A DNA stretch of 64,000 bases from Coriobacteriales bacterium. GTDB taxonomy: Bacteria; Actinomycetota; Coriobacteriia; Coriobacteriales; QAMH01. Shown piece by piece: positions 25,307 through 34,899 of this stretch (its first letter is position 1; each line of letters opens with the position of its first letter). The notes under the pieces were generated by a model. The model searched no databases, was not told the DNA's origin, and saw only the letters and a list, made by a program, of their open reading frames with translations. The DNA lies in assembly GCA_051876105.1 (NCBI GenBank), contig JBJEHN010000065.1:5841-69840 (forward strand), written 5' to 3'. The position numbers and the translations under genes are program-made.

Positions 25307-27265
25307 ATGAAGCGCGACTATCCCAATCTCTGCAAACCGCTCGACATCTGCGGCCTGACCCTGCGCAACCGCATGTGCTCGGCGCCGATAGGCGCCACCG
25401 ACATCGACAAGGACGGCACGCCCGGCCCGCGCACCCTGGGCTTCTACGAGGCCCGCGCCAAGGGTGGCGCCGCCATCGTCACCGTGTCTGAACTGGTGGT
25501 CCACCCGCAGACCGACGGCTCCCAGATGCTGCACCTGAGCCTCCAGACGCCCGGCCAGCTGGCCGCGTTCACCTACGTGGCAGACGCCATCGCCCGCCAC
25601 GGCTCCATCCCCAGCATCGAGCTCTCGCACTCCGGCCAGTACGCCGGCACCTACATGGTCGACAAGGACGCCAAGGGCGAGCTGTGCCAGTACGGCGCAA
25701 GCGACGGCGTGCGCCCGGACGGCATCAAGGTCAAGGCGCTCACTGCAGAGCAAATCGACTCCATCGTCGAGGCCTACGCCAACGCGGCGGCCCTGGCCCA
25801 GCGCGCCGGCTTCCGCATGTGCATGGTGCACTGCGGCCACGGCTGGCTGATCAACCAGTTCTTCAGCCCCTACTTCAACAAGCGCGAGGACGAGTACGGC
25901 GGCAGCCTGGAGAACCGCACCCGCCTGGCGCGCCGCATCCTGCAGGCCATCCGCGCCAAGTGCGGCCCGCGCTTCGCCATCGAGATGCGCATGAGCGGCA
26001 GCGAACTCTTCGAGGGCGGCTACGACCTCGAAGAGGGCGTAGCGATAGCGCAGATGCTCGAAGAATACGTCGACATCATCCACGTGAGCGCCGGCAGCTA
26101 CCAGTTCGGCTTTGCCACCACGCACCCCAGCATGTTCAAGGACCACGGCTGCAACGTGTACCTGGCGGCAGAGATCAAGAAGCACGTGAGCAAGCCGGTC
26201 GCCACCCTCGGCGGCCTGAGCGACCCTGCCCAGATGGAGGAGATCATCGCATCCGGCCAGGCCGACATCGTGTGCATGGCCCGCGGCCTGCTGGCCGACC
26301 CGGAGCTCCCCAACAAGGTCATGGCCAACCGCGGCGACGAGGTGGTGCGCTGCATGCGCTGCTTCACCTGCATGGCCGAGCGCCCCGTCACCCAGACGCG
26401 TCGCTGCAGCCTCAACCCGCGCATCGGCCGCGAGCTCGAGGGCCACAGCCTCACCCCCGTCCCCAAGGCAGACCGCAAGAAGGTGCTGGTGGTGGGCGGC
26501 GGCATCGCCGGCATGGTGGCCGCCTACACGGCCCGCAAGCGCGGCCACAAGGTGACGCTCTGCGAGGCCCGCGGCCAGCTGGGCGGCATCCTCGCCACCG
26601 AGGCGGCCGTCCCCTTCAAGCAGGACATGTTCCACCTGGGCGAGACCTACGCCACGCTCTGCGAGCGCGCGGGCGTGAAGATCAAGCTCAACACAACGGT
26701 CGACGCCGCTTGGGCAGATAAGTTCGGCGCCGATGCCGTGGTGGTGGCCGTGGGCAGCGAGCCCATGAGCCTGAGCTTCCTGCCCATCGCAGACGACGCC
26801 TACGTGGTCAACGTCGAGGACCTCTACCTCGACGGCGCCGCAGTCACAGACGAGATCGTGGTCGTGGGCGGCGGCCTCACCGGCGCCGAGTGCGCGCTCA
26901 AGTACGTGCGCGAGGGCAAGAAGGTTCACCTGGTCGAGATGCGCGGCGGCATCGCCATCGACGCCAACTGCCGCCACCGCCCCATCCTGCTGGAGCAGAT
27001 CGAGGAAAGCGAGATCGACGTCGTTGTCAACGCCAAGGCAGCCGAGGTCACGGCCGAGGGCGTCTACGTGGTCATGCCGGATGGCGAGCGGCGCTTCGTG
27101 CCCGGTACCACCGTGGTGAGCGCCATCGGCCAGCGCAGCCGCAAGGCAGCCGCCAGCGAGCTGCGCGACGCCGCCCCCTGGGTACGCGTCATCGGCGACG
27201 CCTGGTTGCCGCGCAACGTGACCGCCGCCACCTACGAGGGCTTCCACGCCGGCCTCGACATCTAG
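25307..27265 (+). CDS. Old-Yellow-Enzyme-family NADH:flavin oxidoreductase fused to an FAD/NAD(P)-binding domain (2,4-dienoyl-CoA / enoate reductase-like)
   Basis: HCGHGWLINQFFSPYFNKRED, a CxxC...C Fe-S motif, and VLVVGGGIAGM / VVVGGGLTGAE dinucleotide motifs. Start is ATG 25307. Confidence 0.8.
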   Translation: MKRDYPNLCKPLDICGLTLRNRMCSAPIGATDIDKDGTPGPRTLGFYEARAKGGAAIVTVSELVVHPQTDGSQMLHLSLQTPGQLAAFTYVADAIARHGSIPSIELSHSGQYAGTYMVDKDAKGELCQYGASDGVRPDGIKVKALTAEQIDSIVEAYANAAALAQRAGFRMCMVHCGHGWLINQFFSPYFNKREDEYGGSLENRTRLARRILQAIRAKCGPRFAIEMRMSGSELFEGGYDLEEGVAIAQMLEEYVDIIHVSAGSYQFGFATTHPSMFKDHGCNVYLAAEIKKHVSKPVATLGGLSDPAQMEEIIASGQADIVCMARGLLADPELPNKVMANRGDEVVRCMRCFTCMAERPVTQTRRCSLNPRIGRELEGHSLTPVPKADRKKVLVVGGGIAGMVAAYTARKRGHKVTLCEARGQLGGILATEAAVPFKQDMFHLGETYATLCERAGVKIKLNTTVDAAWADKFGADAVVVAVGSEPMSLSFLPIADDAYVVNVEDLYLDGAAVTDEIVVVGGGLTGAECALKYVREGKKVHLVEMRGGIAIDANCRHRPILLEQIEESEIDVVVNAKAAEVTAEGVYVVMPDGERRFVPGTTVVSAIGQRSRKAAASELRDAAPWVRVIGDAWLPRNVTAATYEGFHAGLDI

Positions 27266-27298
27266 CACCCTGAACACACCCGCACACGGGCACGAAAA

Positions 27299-27339
27299 AG
27301 CTCCCGGCAGCGCACCTGGCTGCCGGGAGCTGTGGGTTT
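27299..27339. terminator. Bidirectional intrinsic terminator between convergent genes
   Basis: Sequence aaaaAGCTCCCGGCAGC...GCTGCCGGGAGCTgtgggttt. Confidence 0.75.
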
Positions 27340-27359
27340 GAGCTACTGCGCGGGTGAAG

Positions 27360-27662
27360 CTACTGCTTGACAGACGCGTAGAACTTGGACTCGGGGAAGA
27401 CCTCGCGCAAGGTGAGGTTGCGGGGGCCGAACTGGAGGTCGACGAACTCGCCCACGGTGGGAACCAGCTCGGAGGCGTCCACGTAGTGGCCCTTCTCGTT
27501 CAGCTGGTCGGTGTACTGGACGCGCCAGTAGTGCTCGTTGCAATCGGTGATGTAGTAGACGGTGCCGTCGCCGATCTCGATGTACACAGCGTGCTCGGCG
27601 CCAAGATACTTGGTGAGCTCCTCGAAGGTGATGTTCAGGGGCTCCTCTGCCTTGATACCCAT
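27360..27662 (-). CDS. Hypothetical small protein (100 aa)
   Basis: ATG 27662 is preceded by AAAGGAG. Composition looks coding. I recognise no family. Confidence 0.5.
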   Translation of the reverse strand: MGIKAEEPLNITFEELTKYLGAEHAVYIEIGDGTVYYITDCNEHYWRVQYTDQLNEKGHYVDASELVPTVGEFVDLQFGPRNLTLREVFPESKFYASVKQ

Positions 27663-28025
27663 TTTCGGCTCCTTTACTAGGGGACCAAACTCTATGAGGT
27701 AAATATACGCTAACACTCCGCATTTAAGCGCGGGCTTCCGCCCCTATTTGGCGCTTCATGGCTACTTCACAGGCTGAAGCAGCGCCGCGATGTGCAAAAC
27801 CACAGGACACGCATCCGGGAGTGCAGCGCGAGGCCGATCATGATGGTCGCGCTCGGCGAGCACGCCGAGGCACCATTGATTCAACAGGATCAGGAGTCGG
27901 CCCGGAGACGAGAGGCGCCCCCTCGTACACCGCGATCCGCGACGCGACCCCGGGAGTGCCGCGCGGGGCCGAGACAGAGGTGCGGCGGTACGGACCGTGC
28001 CTCCCTTCGCCAGCTCTGAGCAAAC

Positions 28026-28193
28026 TTGTGGTCAAAACCGCGGGATTGTGCGCCTTCACACGGCGGATACGCGGCCTGCAAGCGCAAATAGAACCCGCGT
28101 TGGCCAGCTTGCAGGCGCCCTGGTGCTGCAAACGCGCCCTCAAGCTGCGTATCCGCGGCTTGAGGGCGCACAATCCCGCGGTTTTGACCACAA
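28026..28193. repeat. 168-bp compound inverted repeat (related to family C)
   Basis: 29-nt exact termini ttgtggtcaaaaccgcgggattgtgcgcc / ggcgcacaatcccgcggttttgaccacaa. Internal hairpins are cctgcaagc...gcttgcagg and gcgccctcaagc...gcttgagggcgc. Confidence 0.75.
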
Positions 28194-28280
28194 AATGCTC
28201 CAGAGCTGGAGCGCGGGGGCGGCGGGGGCGACAATGCGCGTATCCTTGGCAATGCACGGTGCGATCACGAGGGGGTACCC

Positions 28281-28889
28281 ATGAGCTACATAGTCTGCGT
28301 GTGCGGCGGCAGCGGGAGCGGGAAGTCGACCTTCACGGGCAGGCTGCTGCAAGAGCTGGGCCCCAGCGCCGCCTTCATCGCGCACGACGACTACTACAAG
28401 CACACCCCCGGCATGACGCCCGAGCAGCGCGCAGCCTACAACTTCGACGTGCCCGCCGCGCTCGACACGCACCTCCTGGTTGAGCATGTGGCTCAACTGC
28501 GCGCTGGCAAGCCGGCGCAGGTCCCCGTCTACGACTTCTGCACCCAGGAGCGCCTGCCTCAAGCGCGCACGGTTGAACCTGTGCCCGTAGTAGTGGTCGA
28601 GGGCATACTCGCCATGGCAGACGAAGACCTCATGCGCCAAGTCGACCTGAGCATCTACATCGACGTCGACGAGCAGACGCGCCTGGAGCGCCGCTTGCGC
28701 CGCGACTGCCAGGAGCGCGGCTGGAGCCTGGAGAACGCTCGGCGCAACTACGAGCAGATCGTGCGCCCCGCCCACCTGCGCTACGTGGAGCCCGCACGCA
28801 GCAGGGCAGACATCGTCCTCAACGACGCGCTCGACGCCGCGGCGCTGCAGGTGCTGGCCGCCGGCATCCGCGCCGCCGCAAGCTGCTAG
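28281..28889 (+). CDS. udk: Uridine kinase
   Basis: VCGGSGSGKST P-loop, HDDYYK and NFD.P.A.D blocks. Confidence 0.85.
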   Translation: MSYIVCVCGGSGSGKSTFTGRLLQELGPSAAFIAHDDYYKHTPGMTPEQRAAYNFDVPAALDTHLLVEHVAQLRAGKPAQVPVYDFCTQERLPQARTVEPVPVVVVEGILAMADEDLMRQVDLSIYIDVDEQTRLERRLRRDCQERGWSLENARRNYEQIVRPAHLRYVEPARSRADIVLNDALDAAALQVLAAGIRAAASC

Positions 28890-28891
28890 CG

Positions 28892-28927
28892 AAAATGGGG
28901 CAGTTGGGGCGTACCCTACCGTCCTAT
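28892..28927. repeat. Degenerate REP-like repeat, family A
   Basis: Sequence aaaatggggcagttggggcgtaccctaccgtcctatt. Confidence 0.55.
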
Positions 28928-28967
28928 TAGTGAGGGGGAGAACCACATAAAGAATCGCTTGTTGCAA

Positions 28968-29005
28968 GGAATGGGACAGTGGGGACTGTCCCCACTGTCC
29001 CATTC
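28968..29005. repeat. REP-like repeat, family A
   Basis: Sequence ggAATGGGACAGTGGGGACTGTCCCCACTGTCCCATTc. It abuts the ABC ATPase stop codon. Confidence 0.9.
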
Positions 29006-29812
29006 CTAGTCGGCGATCTTGCTCAGGAAGGCGCGCAGGCGCTCGGTCTTGGGGTTGCCGATGAGCTCCTCGGCTGGGCCCTCCTCGGCGATCACACCGT
29101 CTGACATGAAGATGATGTGGTCGGCTACGTCGCGCGCAAAACCCATCTCGTGCGTGACGATCACCAGGGTCATATGCTCGGCCGCCAGCGCACGGATGAC
29201 CTTGAGGACCTCCTGGGTGAGCTCGGGGTCGAGCGCGGAGGTGGGCTCGTCGAAGAACAGCACCTCGGGGTTCATGCACAGGGCGCGGGCAATGGCCACG
29301 CGCTGCTGCTGGCCACCGGAGAGCTCGCAGGGGACCATGTCCTCCTTGCCCTCGAGCCCCATCTTGGCGATAAGCTGGCGCGCCTGGGCCTCGACCTCGT
29401 CCTTGGCGCGCTTCTGCACACGGACGGGCGCATCCATGATGTTCTTGAGCACCGTGTAGTGCGGGAAGAGGTTGAAGTTCTGGAACACCAAGCCGAAGCG
29501 CATCTTGGCGGCCTGGAGGGTCTTCTTGTCGGCGTAGCGAGCGGCGCCACCCTCGGCGCAGGTGGCAACCGCCAGGTCGCCATAGCTCAGCGAGCCGCCG
29601 TCGAGCGTCTCCAGCAGGGTGGCGCAGCGCAGCAGGGTCGACTTGCCGCCGCCAGAGGGGCCGATCACGGCCACGACCTGGCCCTCTCGCACATCAAGGG
29701 AGATGTCCTTGAGGACCTGGTTGCTGCCAAACGCCTTCTGGGCGTGCTCGAGCTTGAGCAGGGAGGGGCGCTCGTCTGCCGCGGCGGGCGCGGTGCATGC
29801 GGTGTTAGTCAT
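29006..29812 (-). CDS. Polar amino-acid ABC transporter ATP-binding protein
   Basis: Walker A GPSGGGKST, signature LSGGQQQRVAIARAL, Walker B LFFDEPTSALD. Confidence 0.9.
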   Translation of the reverse strand: MTNTACTAPAAADERPSLLKLEHAQKAFGSNQVLKDISLDVREGQVVAVIGPSGGGKSTLLRCATLLETLDGGSLSYGDLAVATCAEGGAARYADKKTLQAAKMRFGLVFQNFNLFPHYTVLKNIMDAPVRVQKRAKDEVEAQARQLIAKMGLEGKEDMVPCELSGGQQQRVAIARALCMNPEVLFFDEPTSALDPELTQEVLKVIRALAAEHMTLVIVTHEMGFARDVADHIIFMSDGVIAEEGPAEELIGNPKTERLRAFLSKIAD

Positions 29813-30458
29813 GGTAGTAGCTCAGCTTCTTCTCGACACGGCTCAGGACAAACTCGACGATCAGCGTGAAGCACCAGTACAGCGCCGCTGCGATGAAGTA
29901 GGGCAGCATGCTCACCTGGCTTGCAGCGATGGCCTTGGCCTGCGTGAACATCTCCATCACGCCCAGCACGAAGGCAAGCGAGGTGTCCTTGATGAGGGCG
30001 ATGACCTCGTTGCCCATGGCGGGCAGGATGCGCTTGATGACCTGCGGCAGCACGATGAACATGAAGGTCTGCACAGGCGTGTAGCCCAGCACCTGTGCCG
30101 CCTCGTACTGGCCGCGCGGGATGCTCTGGATGCCCGAGCGGTAGATCTCTGCGAAGTAAGCGGCGTAGTTGAGGATGAAGCCGATGGCGCAGGCCGTGAA
30201 CTTCCAATCCGAAGCCAGCTGCATGCCGAACACGTAGTACGGGACGAACATCCACGCCATGAGCTGCAGCATGAGCGGCGTGCCGCGCAGCACGCTGATG
30301 TAGAAGCGCGCCAGCAGCGCCAGCGGCTTGAACGAGCTCATGCGCGCCAGGGCCACCAGCACGCCCAGGGGCAGCGCGCCCACTAGGGTGATGACGAAGA
30401 TCTGCATCGTCATACCCAAGCCGCTGAGCAGCAGCTGCATCATCACCGAGAACTCCAT
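29805..30458 (-). CDS. Polar amino-acid ABC transporter permease
   Basis: His/Glu/Gln/Arg-type permease blocks (RGTPLMLQL, EAAQVLGYT). Start ATG 30458 follows GGAGGGGGAG. Confidence 0.85.
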   Translation of the reverse strand: MEFSVMMQLLLSGLGMTMQIFVITLVGALPLGVLVALARMSSFKPLALLARFYISVLRGTPLMLQLMAWMFVPYYVFGMQLASDWKFTACAIGFILNYAAYFAEIYRSGIQSIPRGQYEAAQVLGYTPVQTFMFIVLPQVIKRILPAMGNEVIALIKDTSLAFVLGVMEMFTQAKAIAASQVSMLPYFIAAALYWCFTLIVEFVLSRVEKKLSYYHD

Positions 30459-30639
30459 GCGCTCCCCCTCCTTGTTGAAGCCACAAGCTTTCCCTCGTGC
30501 GGCGGCCGCAGTGCGGCGGCGCATGCCGCATGGCGAAAAGCTCCCTCCCCTTGAAATCGCGCGAAGCGGCGAGCCGCGGTGAACCCGCAGCCCGCCGCAT
30601 CAAGCGCGTTGCCTCAGTCAGACGCTGAGAGAACAGGGC

Positions 30640-31482
30640 TTAGTCGAGCACCCAGTTCTCGTAGGCCATGCCCTGGTCGGCGTACTTCTCGCACAGCTCC
30701 TTGACCTTGCCCTCGTCGTTGAGCTTGCGCAGGTCCTCGGTGACCTTGGCGGCAATGGCGGCACCCTCGTCGCCCTTCAGGAAGCCGACGCCGTAGTGCT
30801 CTTCGGAGAGGGTCTCCTCGACCTGGGCGAAGACATCGGGCTTGGCTGCCATCTGGAAGGCGGCGATGGAGAGGTCGCAGGCCACGGCGTCAACCGCGCC
30901 GGACTCGAGCTGCATGAAGGCGTTGTTGTAGTCGGCGATGGTCTGGAGCTCCTTGAAGGTGTCGGCCACGGCCTTCTGGTCGCCCTCGAGCACCTCGAGG
31001 GCAGCGGAGCCCTTCTGGGTCAGGACGATCTTGCCGGCGAGATCGGCCAGGGAGGCGATGCCGGCGTCCTTCTTGGCGACGACGACCTGGGCGTTGATCA
31101 TGTAGGGCTCGGTGAAGGAGTAGTCCTCCTCGCGGCCCTCGATGGTGAAGCCGTTCCAGATGCAGTTGATGGTGCCGGCACCCAGCAGGGCGTCCTTGGC
31201 GTCCCAGTCGATGGGCTCAGCCTGGAACTTCCAACCCTCCATCTCGCACACAGCCTGGGCGAGGTCGAGGTCGAAGCCGGTGTAGGAGCCGTCGTCGGCA
31301 ACATAGCCGTAGGGCGGGTACTCGGCGTCGAAGCCGACCACCAGGGTGTCGAGGCTGACCTCGGCGCCGGCAGCGGGGGTCTCTTCCTTCTTCTGGCCAC
31401 CGCAGCCGGCAAGGCCGAGGGCGGCAGTAGCGGCAACGGCGGCGGATGCGCCCAGGAAGCCGCGGCGAGTCATGTTCTTCAT
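30640..31482 (-). CDS. Amino-acid ABC transporter substrate-binding lipoprotein
   Basis: Signal peptide RRGFLGASAAVAATAALGLAGCGG with a lipobox. Type-3 SBP blocks (DAEYPPYGY, FDLDLA). Confidence 0.85.
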   Translation of the reverse strand: MKNMTRRGFLGASAAVAATAALGLAGCGGQKKEETPAAGAEVSLDTLVVGFDAEYPPYGYVADDGSYTGFDLDLAQAVCEMEGWKFQAEPIDWDAKDALLGAGTINCIWNGFTIEGREEDYSFTEPYMINAQVVVAKKDAGIASLADLAGKIVLTQKGSAALEVLEGDQKAVADTFKELQTIADYNNAFMQLESGAVDAVACDLSIAAFQMAAKPDVFAQVEETLSEEHYGVGFLKGDEGAAIAAKVTEDLRKLNDEGKVKELCEKYADQGMAYENWVLD

Positions 31483-31536
31483 ATCGGGTCCTCTCCCTAA
31501 ACTGATATAGCGCTCTACCACGCTAAAGTGCTGTGC

Positions 31537-31564
31537 ATTATACCCCAGCAGCACAGAGCTACAA
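31537..31564 (-). promoter_or_regulatory. Candidate promoter of the ABC transporter operon
   Basis: Minus strand has TTGTAG, a 16-nt spacer, then TATAAT. Confidence 0.45.
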
Positions 31565-31610
31565 GCTGGCAGGGGCGCCGCAGCGGCAAGGGAGGGGCAG
31601 GCCGCGGCCG

Positions 31611-32990
31611 CTAGCGCAAGAAGAGGCGCACCAAGCGCTCCTTGGCGGCACTGTAGGGCTGGTAGCGCATGGGCAGGTCGAGCCACCCCTTCTTCAGCAC
31701 ACTCTTGGTGTGCGAGAAGGTCTCGAAGCTCTTGCGCCCGTGGTAGCTGCCCATGCCGCTGTTGCCAACGCCGCCAAAGCCCATCTTGCTCGTGGCGATG
31801 TGGACGATCGTGTCGTTGATGCAGCCGCCGCCAAAGGGCACGTAGCGCATGAAGCGCTCCTGCAGCTCCCGGTTGTTGGTGAAGAGGTAGAGCGCCAGCG
31901 GCTTCTCCTGCTCCCTGATATAGCCCTCCGCCGCAAGGGGGCTCGCCACCTCGATGATGGGGCAGATCGGCCCGAAGATCTCCTCCCCCATCACTGCGTC
32001 GTCCATGGTGACGCCGGTCATGATTGTGGGCTCGATCTTGAGGGAGGCCTCGTCGCAGCGGCCGCCGTAGACCACCTTGGCCGGGTCGATCAGCCCGCGC
32101 ACACGCTCGAAGTGCTTGCGGTTCACGATCTTGCCGTAGTCGGGGTTTGCCAGCGCGTCGCTGCCGTACATGGCGGCGGTCTTCTCCTTCAGCAGCTCGA
32201 CGAAGCGCTCGTGCACGCTGCTCTCACAGAGCACGTAGTCTGGCGCGATGCAGGTCTGGCCCACGTTGAGCCACTTTCCGAAGGCCAGGCGCGTGGCGGC
32301 CAGCTCAAGGTTGCAGTCCGCGGCGATGATGCAGGGGCTCTTGCCGCCCAGCTCCAGGCTCACCGGGGTGAGGAAGCGGCTGGCCTTCTCCATGACGAGC
32401 TTGCCCACGCTGGGGCTGCCGGTGAAGAAGATGTAGTCCCAGCGCTGCTCCAGCAGCAGCGAGTTCTCGTCGCGCCCGCCCAGGATGCAGGTGACATGCC
32501 CTGGGTCGAATGCCTCCTCGATGAGCTCGGCCATCACCGCAGAGGTCGCGGGGCTGTAGGCGCTGGGCTTGACCACGCAGCAGTTGCCCGCGGCAACCGC
32601 GCCGATGAGCGGCTCGATGGTGAGCAGGAAGGGGTAGTTCCACGGGCTCATGACCAGCACCTGCCCGTAGGGCTCGGGCACGGTGCGGTAGCTGCTGGGG
32701 AAGTTTGCCAGGTCCGGCATGACGCGCTTGGGGCTGGCCCAGCGGCGGATGTGCTTGAGCTGGTAGGAGAGCTCGGCGAGGGTGAGGCCGACCTCGCACA
32801 TATAGCCCTCGAAGGCGGATTTGCCCAGGTCTTGCGTGATGGCGGCCTCGATCTGGGCCTCGCGGCGGCGGATCGCTGCCTCGAGCTTGTGCAGCGCCTG
32901 GATGCGGTAGCTCAGGTCGATGGTGATACCGCTGTTGAAGAACGCGTGCTGGCGGCGGCAGATCACGTCGACTTGCTCTTGCGTGGCCAT
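31611..32990 (-). CDS. NAD(P)-dependent aldehyde dehydrogenase (class-3-like, 459 aa)
   Basis: ELGGKSP and GQTCIAPDY catalytic-Cys blocks, and EEIFGP. Confidence 0.85.
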   Translation of the reverse strand: MATQEQVDVICRRQHAFFNSGITIDLSYRIQALHKLEAAIRRREAQIEAAITQDLGKSAFEGYMCEVGLTLAELSYQLKHIRRWASPKRVMPDLANFPSSYRTVPEPYGQVLVMSPWNYPFLLTIEPLIGAVAAGNCCVVKPSAYSPATSAVMAELIEEAFDPGHVTCILGGRDENSLLLEQRWDYIFFTGSPSVGKLVMEKASRFLTPVSLELGGKSPCIIAADCNLELAATRLAFGKWLNVGQTCIAPDYVLCESSVHERFVELLKEKTAAMYGSDALANPDYGKIVNRKHFERVRGLIDPAKVVYGGRCDEASLKIEPTIMTGVTMDDAVMGEEIFGPICPIIEVASPLAAEGYIREQEKPLALYLFTNNRELQERFMRYVPFGGGCINDTIVHIATSKMGFGGVGNSGMGSYHGRKSFETFSHTKSVLKKGWLDLPMRYQPYSAAKERLVRLFLR

Positions 32991-33027
32991 CTTGGGGCTC
33001 CTTGTCTCCTTATGCGCGGCGCGGCGG

Positions 33028-34227
33028 CTAGGCCATCACCTTGCGGTAGACCTCTTCCAGCTCGCGCGCGTCCATGAGCTTAGGCACAGGGTACAGCGGA
33101 TTGCTCTCGACATCTGCCTTGCGCGCCATGGCAGCGATGTCCTCCTCGGCGATGCCCTCGAGTTTTTCGGGGATGCCCATCGAGGCGTTGAGCTCGCGGA
33201 ACCACTGGATGAAGGTGCGGCTGGCCTCTTCGTCGCTGCTAGCCTGCGGGGCCACGCCGCTCAGGCGCGCCAACTCGCCCAAGCGCTTGTGGCAGGCGGG
33301 GCCGTACATCTCGAGCACGTAAGGGCAGATTACCGCGTTGGCTAGCCCATGGGGAATGCCGTACTGCCCGCCCAGGCTGTGCGCCACACCGTGGACGTAG
33401 CCCACATAGCTCTTTGAGAAGGCCAGGCCTGCGCGGTTGGCGGCGCGGAGCATGGCCTGGCGTGCCTCTTGGTCGGAGGGCTCGTCGTAGGCGCGCTTGA
33501 GGTAGCGGCGGATCAGACTCACGGCCTCTACGGCACACGCCCGGGTCTCCGCGTTGGTGCTGCGGCCGATGTAGGCCTCGGTAGCGTGCACCAGCGCGTC
33601 CATGCCCGTGGTGGAGGTGATGTGCTTGGGCAGGCCGGCGGTCACGCGCCAGTCGAGCACGGCGTAGCTGGGGATGAGGGGGAAGTCGTTGATGGGGTAC
33701 TTGTAGTGGGTCTCGCCGTCGGTGATGACGGCGGCCAGGGTGGTCTCGCTGCCGGTGCCGGCCGTGGTGGGCACGGCCACCAGCAGCGGTGTCTTCCTCA
33801 GCACCTTGAGGATGCCGCGCATCTTGGGGATGGGCTTGTTCGGGCGGGCGATGCGCGCTCCGGTTGCCTTGGCGCAGTCCATAGAGCTGCCACCGCCGAA
33901 GGCGACCAAGCAGTCGCAACCTTCCTTGAGGTAGAGGTAGCGCGCTGCCTCGACGTTGGCGATGGTGGGGTTGGGGACCACGTCGTCGAAGACGAGGAAG
34001 TCGATGCCCTGCGCGCTGAGCGCCGCCTTTAGGCCGTCGACCAGACCCAGCCCGTGCACGCCCTTGTCGGTGACGATGAGGGGGCGCTGCAGGCCGCGCT
34101 CGCGCAGCATGCGGGCCGCATCCTCAACGCTGCCGAGCACCTGCGGGTCGCGGTATGGCAAGAACGGCAGGGCGGCGCGCAAGACCCCCTGGTAGACACG
34201 GCAGTATGCAGAGCGGAGAGCGTTCAC
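33028..34227 (-). CDS. Iron-containing (group III) alcohol dehydrogenase
   Basis: GGGSSMDCAK, PTTAGTGSE and H..H metal-site blocks. Confidence 0.85.
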   Translation of the reverse strand: MNALRSAYCRVYQGVLRAALPFLPYRDPQVLGSVEDAARMLRERGLQRPLIVTDKGVHGLGLVDGLKAALSAQGIDFLVFDDVVPNPTIANVEAARYLYLKEGCDCLVAFGGGSSMDCAKATGARIARPNKPIPKMRGILKVLRKTPLLVAVPTTAGTGSETTLAAVITDGETHYKYPINDFPLIPSYAVLDWRVTAGLPKHITSTTGMDALVHATEAYIGRSTNAETRACAVEAVSLIRRYLKRAYDEPSDQEARQAMLRAANRAGLAFSKSYVGYVHGVAHSLGGQYGIPHGLANAVICPYVLEMYGPACHKRLGELARLSGVAPQASSDEEASRTFIQWFRELNASMGIPEKLEGIAEEDIAAMARKADVESNPLYPVPKLMDARELEEVYRKVMA

Positions 34228-34518
34228 AAGGCACCTCGGGTATGGTTGAAACTTAGTTTGACTAACAAATAGCCCGTATCATACCCATATCGCCCGCAGC
34301 ATACCCGCTCCCCCTCCAACTTTGCGCAAGAACCGCCGCCAACAGCGGCGGGCGCCAAGCGGGTCCGGGGGCGGGGGCTCTCCGCGTATTCGCTTCGCGA
34401 ATCCGCCCCCTCCGCTCGCCTTCGGCTCGCTACGGGTGTTCGGGCTACAAACGCGCCACCGGCGCGTTTGCTTAACGCCCTCACTCTCGCGGGGTTCGAG
34501 CCCCCAGGGAGGGCTCCT

Positions 34519-34549
34519 AACAAGAAAGGCCGCTTCAATAGCGGCCTCT
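34519..34549 (-). terminator. Intrinsic terminator after tRNA-Ala
   Basis: Minus strand reads aggccgct-attga-agcggcct followed by ttcttgtt. Confidence 0.65.
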
Positions 34550-34559
34550 TCATAATCTA

Positions 34560-34635
34560 TGGTGGAGGTAAGGGGGCTCGAACCCCTGACATCCAGCTTG
34601 CAAAGCTGGCGCTCTCCCAGCTGAGCTATACCCCC
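34560..34635 (-). tRNA. tRNA-Ala (anticodon TGC), CCA encoded
   Basis: Sequence GGGGGTATAGCTCAGCTGGGAGAGCGCCAGCTTTGCAAGCTGGATGTCAGGGGTTCGAGCCCCCTTACCTCCACCA. It folds as a cloverleaf with the G3:U70 identity pair. Confidence 0.95.
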
Positions 34636-34663
34636 AGAGAGCTGCGGTGTTCGCCCATCTATC

Positions 34664-34710
34664 TAATAAACTCCTCGGAGGCTACTCGGCTCACTCCGAG
34701 GAGTTTATTT
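34664..34710. other. 16-bp perfect hairpin between the two tRNA genes
   Basis: Stem aataaactcctcggag paired with ctccgaggagtttatt, with loop gctactcggctca. Confidence 0.7.
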
Positions 34711-34718
34711 CTGAGTGA

Positions 34719-34795
34719 TGGTGGGCCTTACAAGATTCGAACTTGTGACCTCACGATTATCAGTCGTGCGCTCTAGCCAACTGAGCTAAAGGCCC
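34719..34795 (-). tRNA. tRNA-Ile (anticodon GAT), CCA encoded
   Basis: Sequence GGGCCTTTAGCTCAGTTGGCTAGAGCGCACGACTGATAATCGTGAGGTCACAAGTTCGAATCTTGTAAGGCCCACCA. All four arms pair. Confidence 0.95.
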
Positions 34796-34899
34796 AAACA
34801 CGCAAGACGGTATTATGCAGACCTCCAAGCCTTTTGGCAAGAAAAAACTTGTGAGAATTTCAAAATTCCCCCAACGGCACGAAGGGTGCAAGCAAAGCA

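Noticed and set aside
34491-34505. tRNA T-arm-like fragment ggggttcgagccccc about 55 bp beyond tRNA-Ala, which could mark an integrase att-site duplication.
   Set aside because: It does not extend into an acceptor-stem match. Its orientation is opposite to tRNA-Ala. No integrase or foreign genes are adjacent. The flanking ADH/ALDH genes have normal composition.
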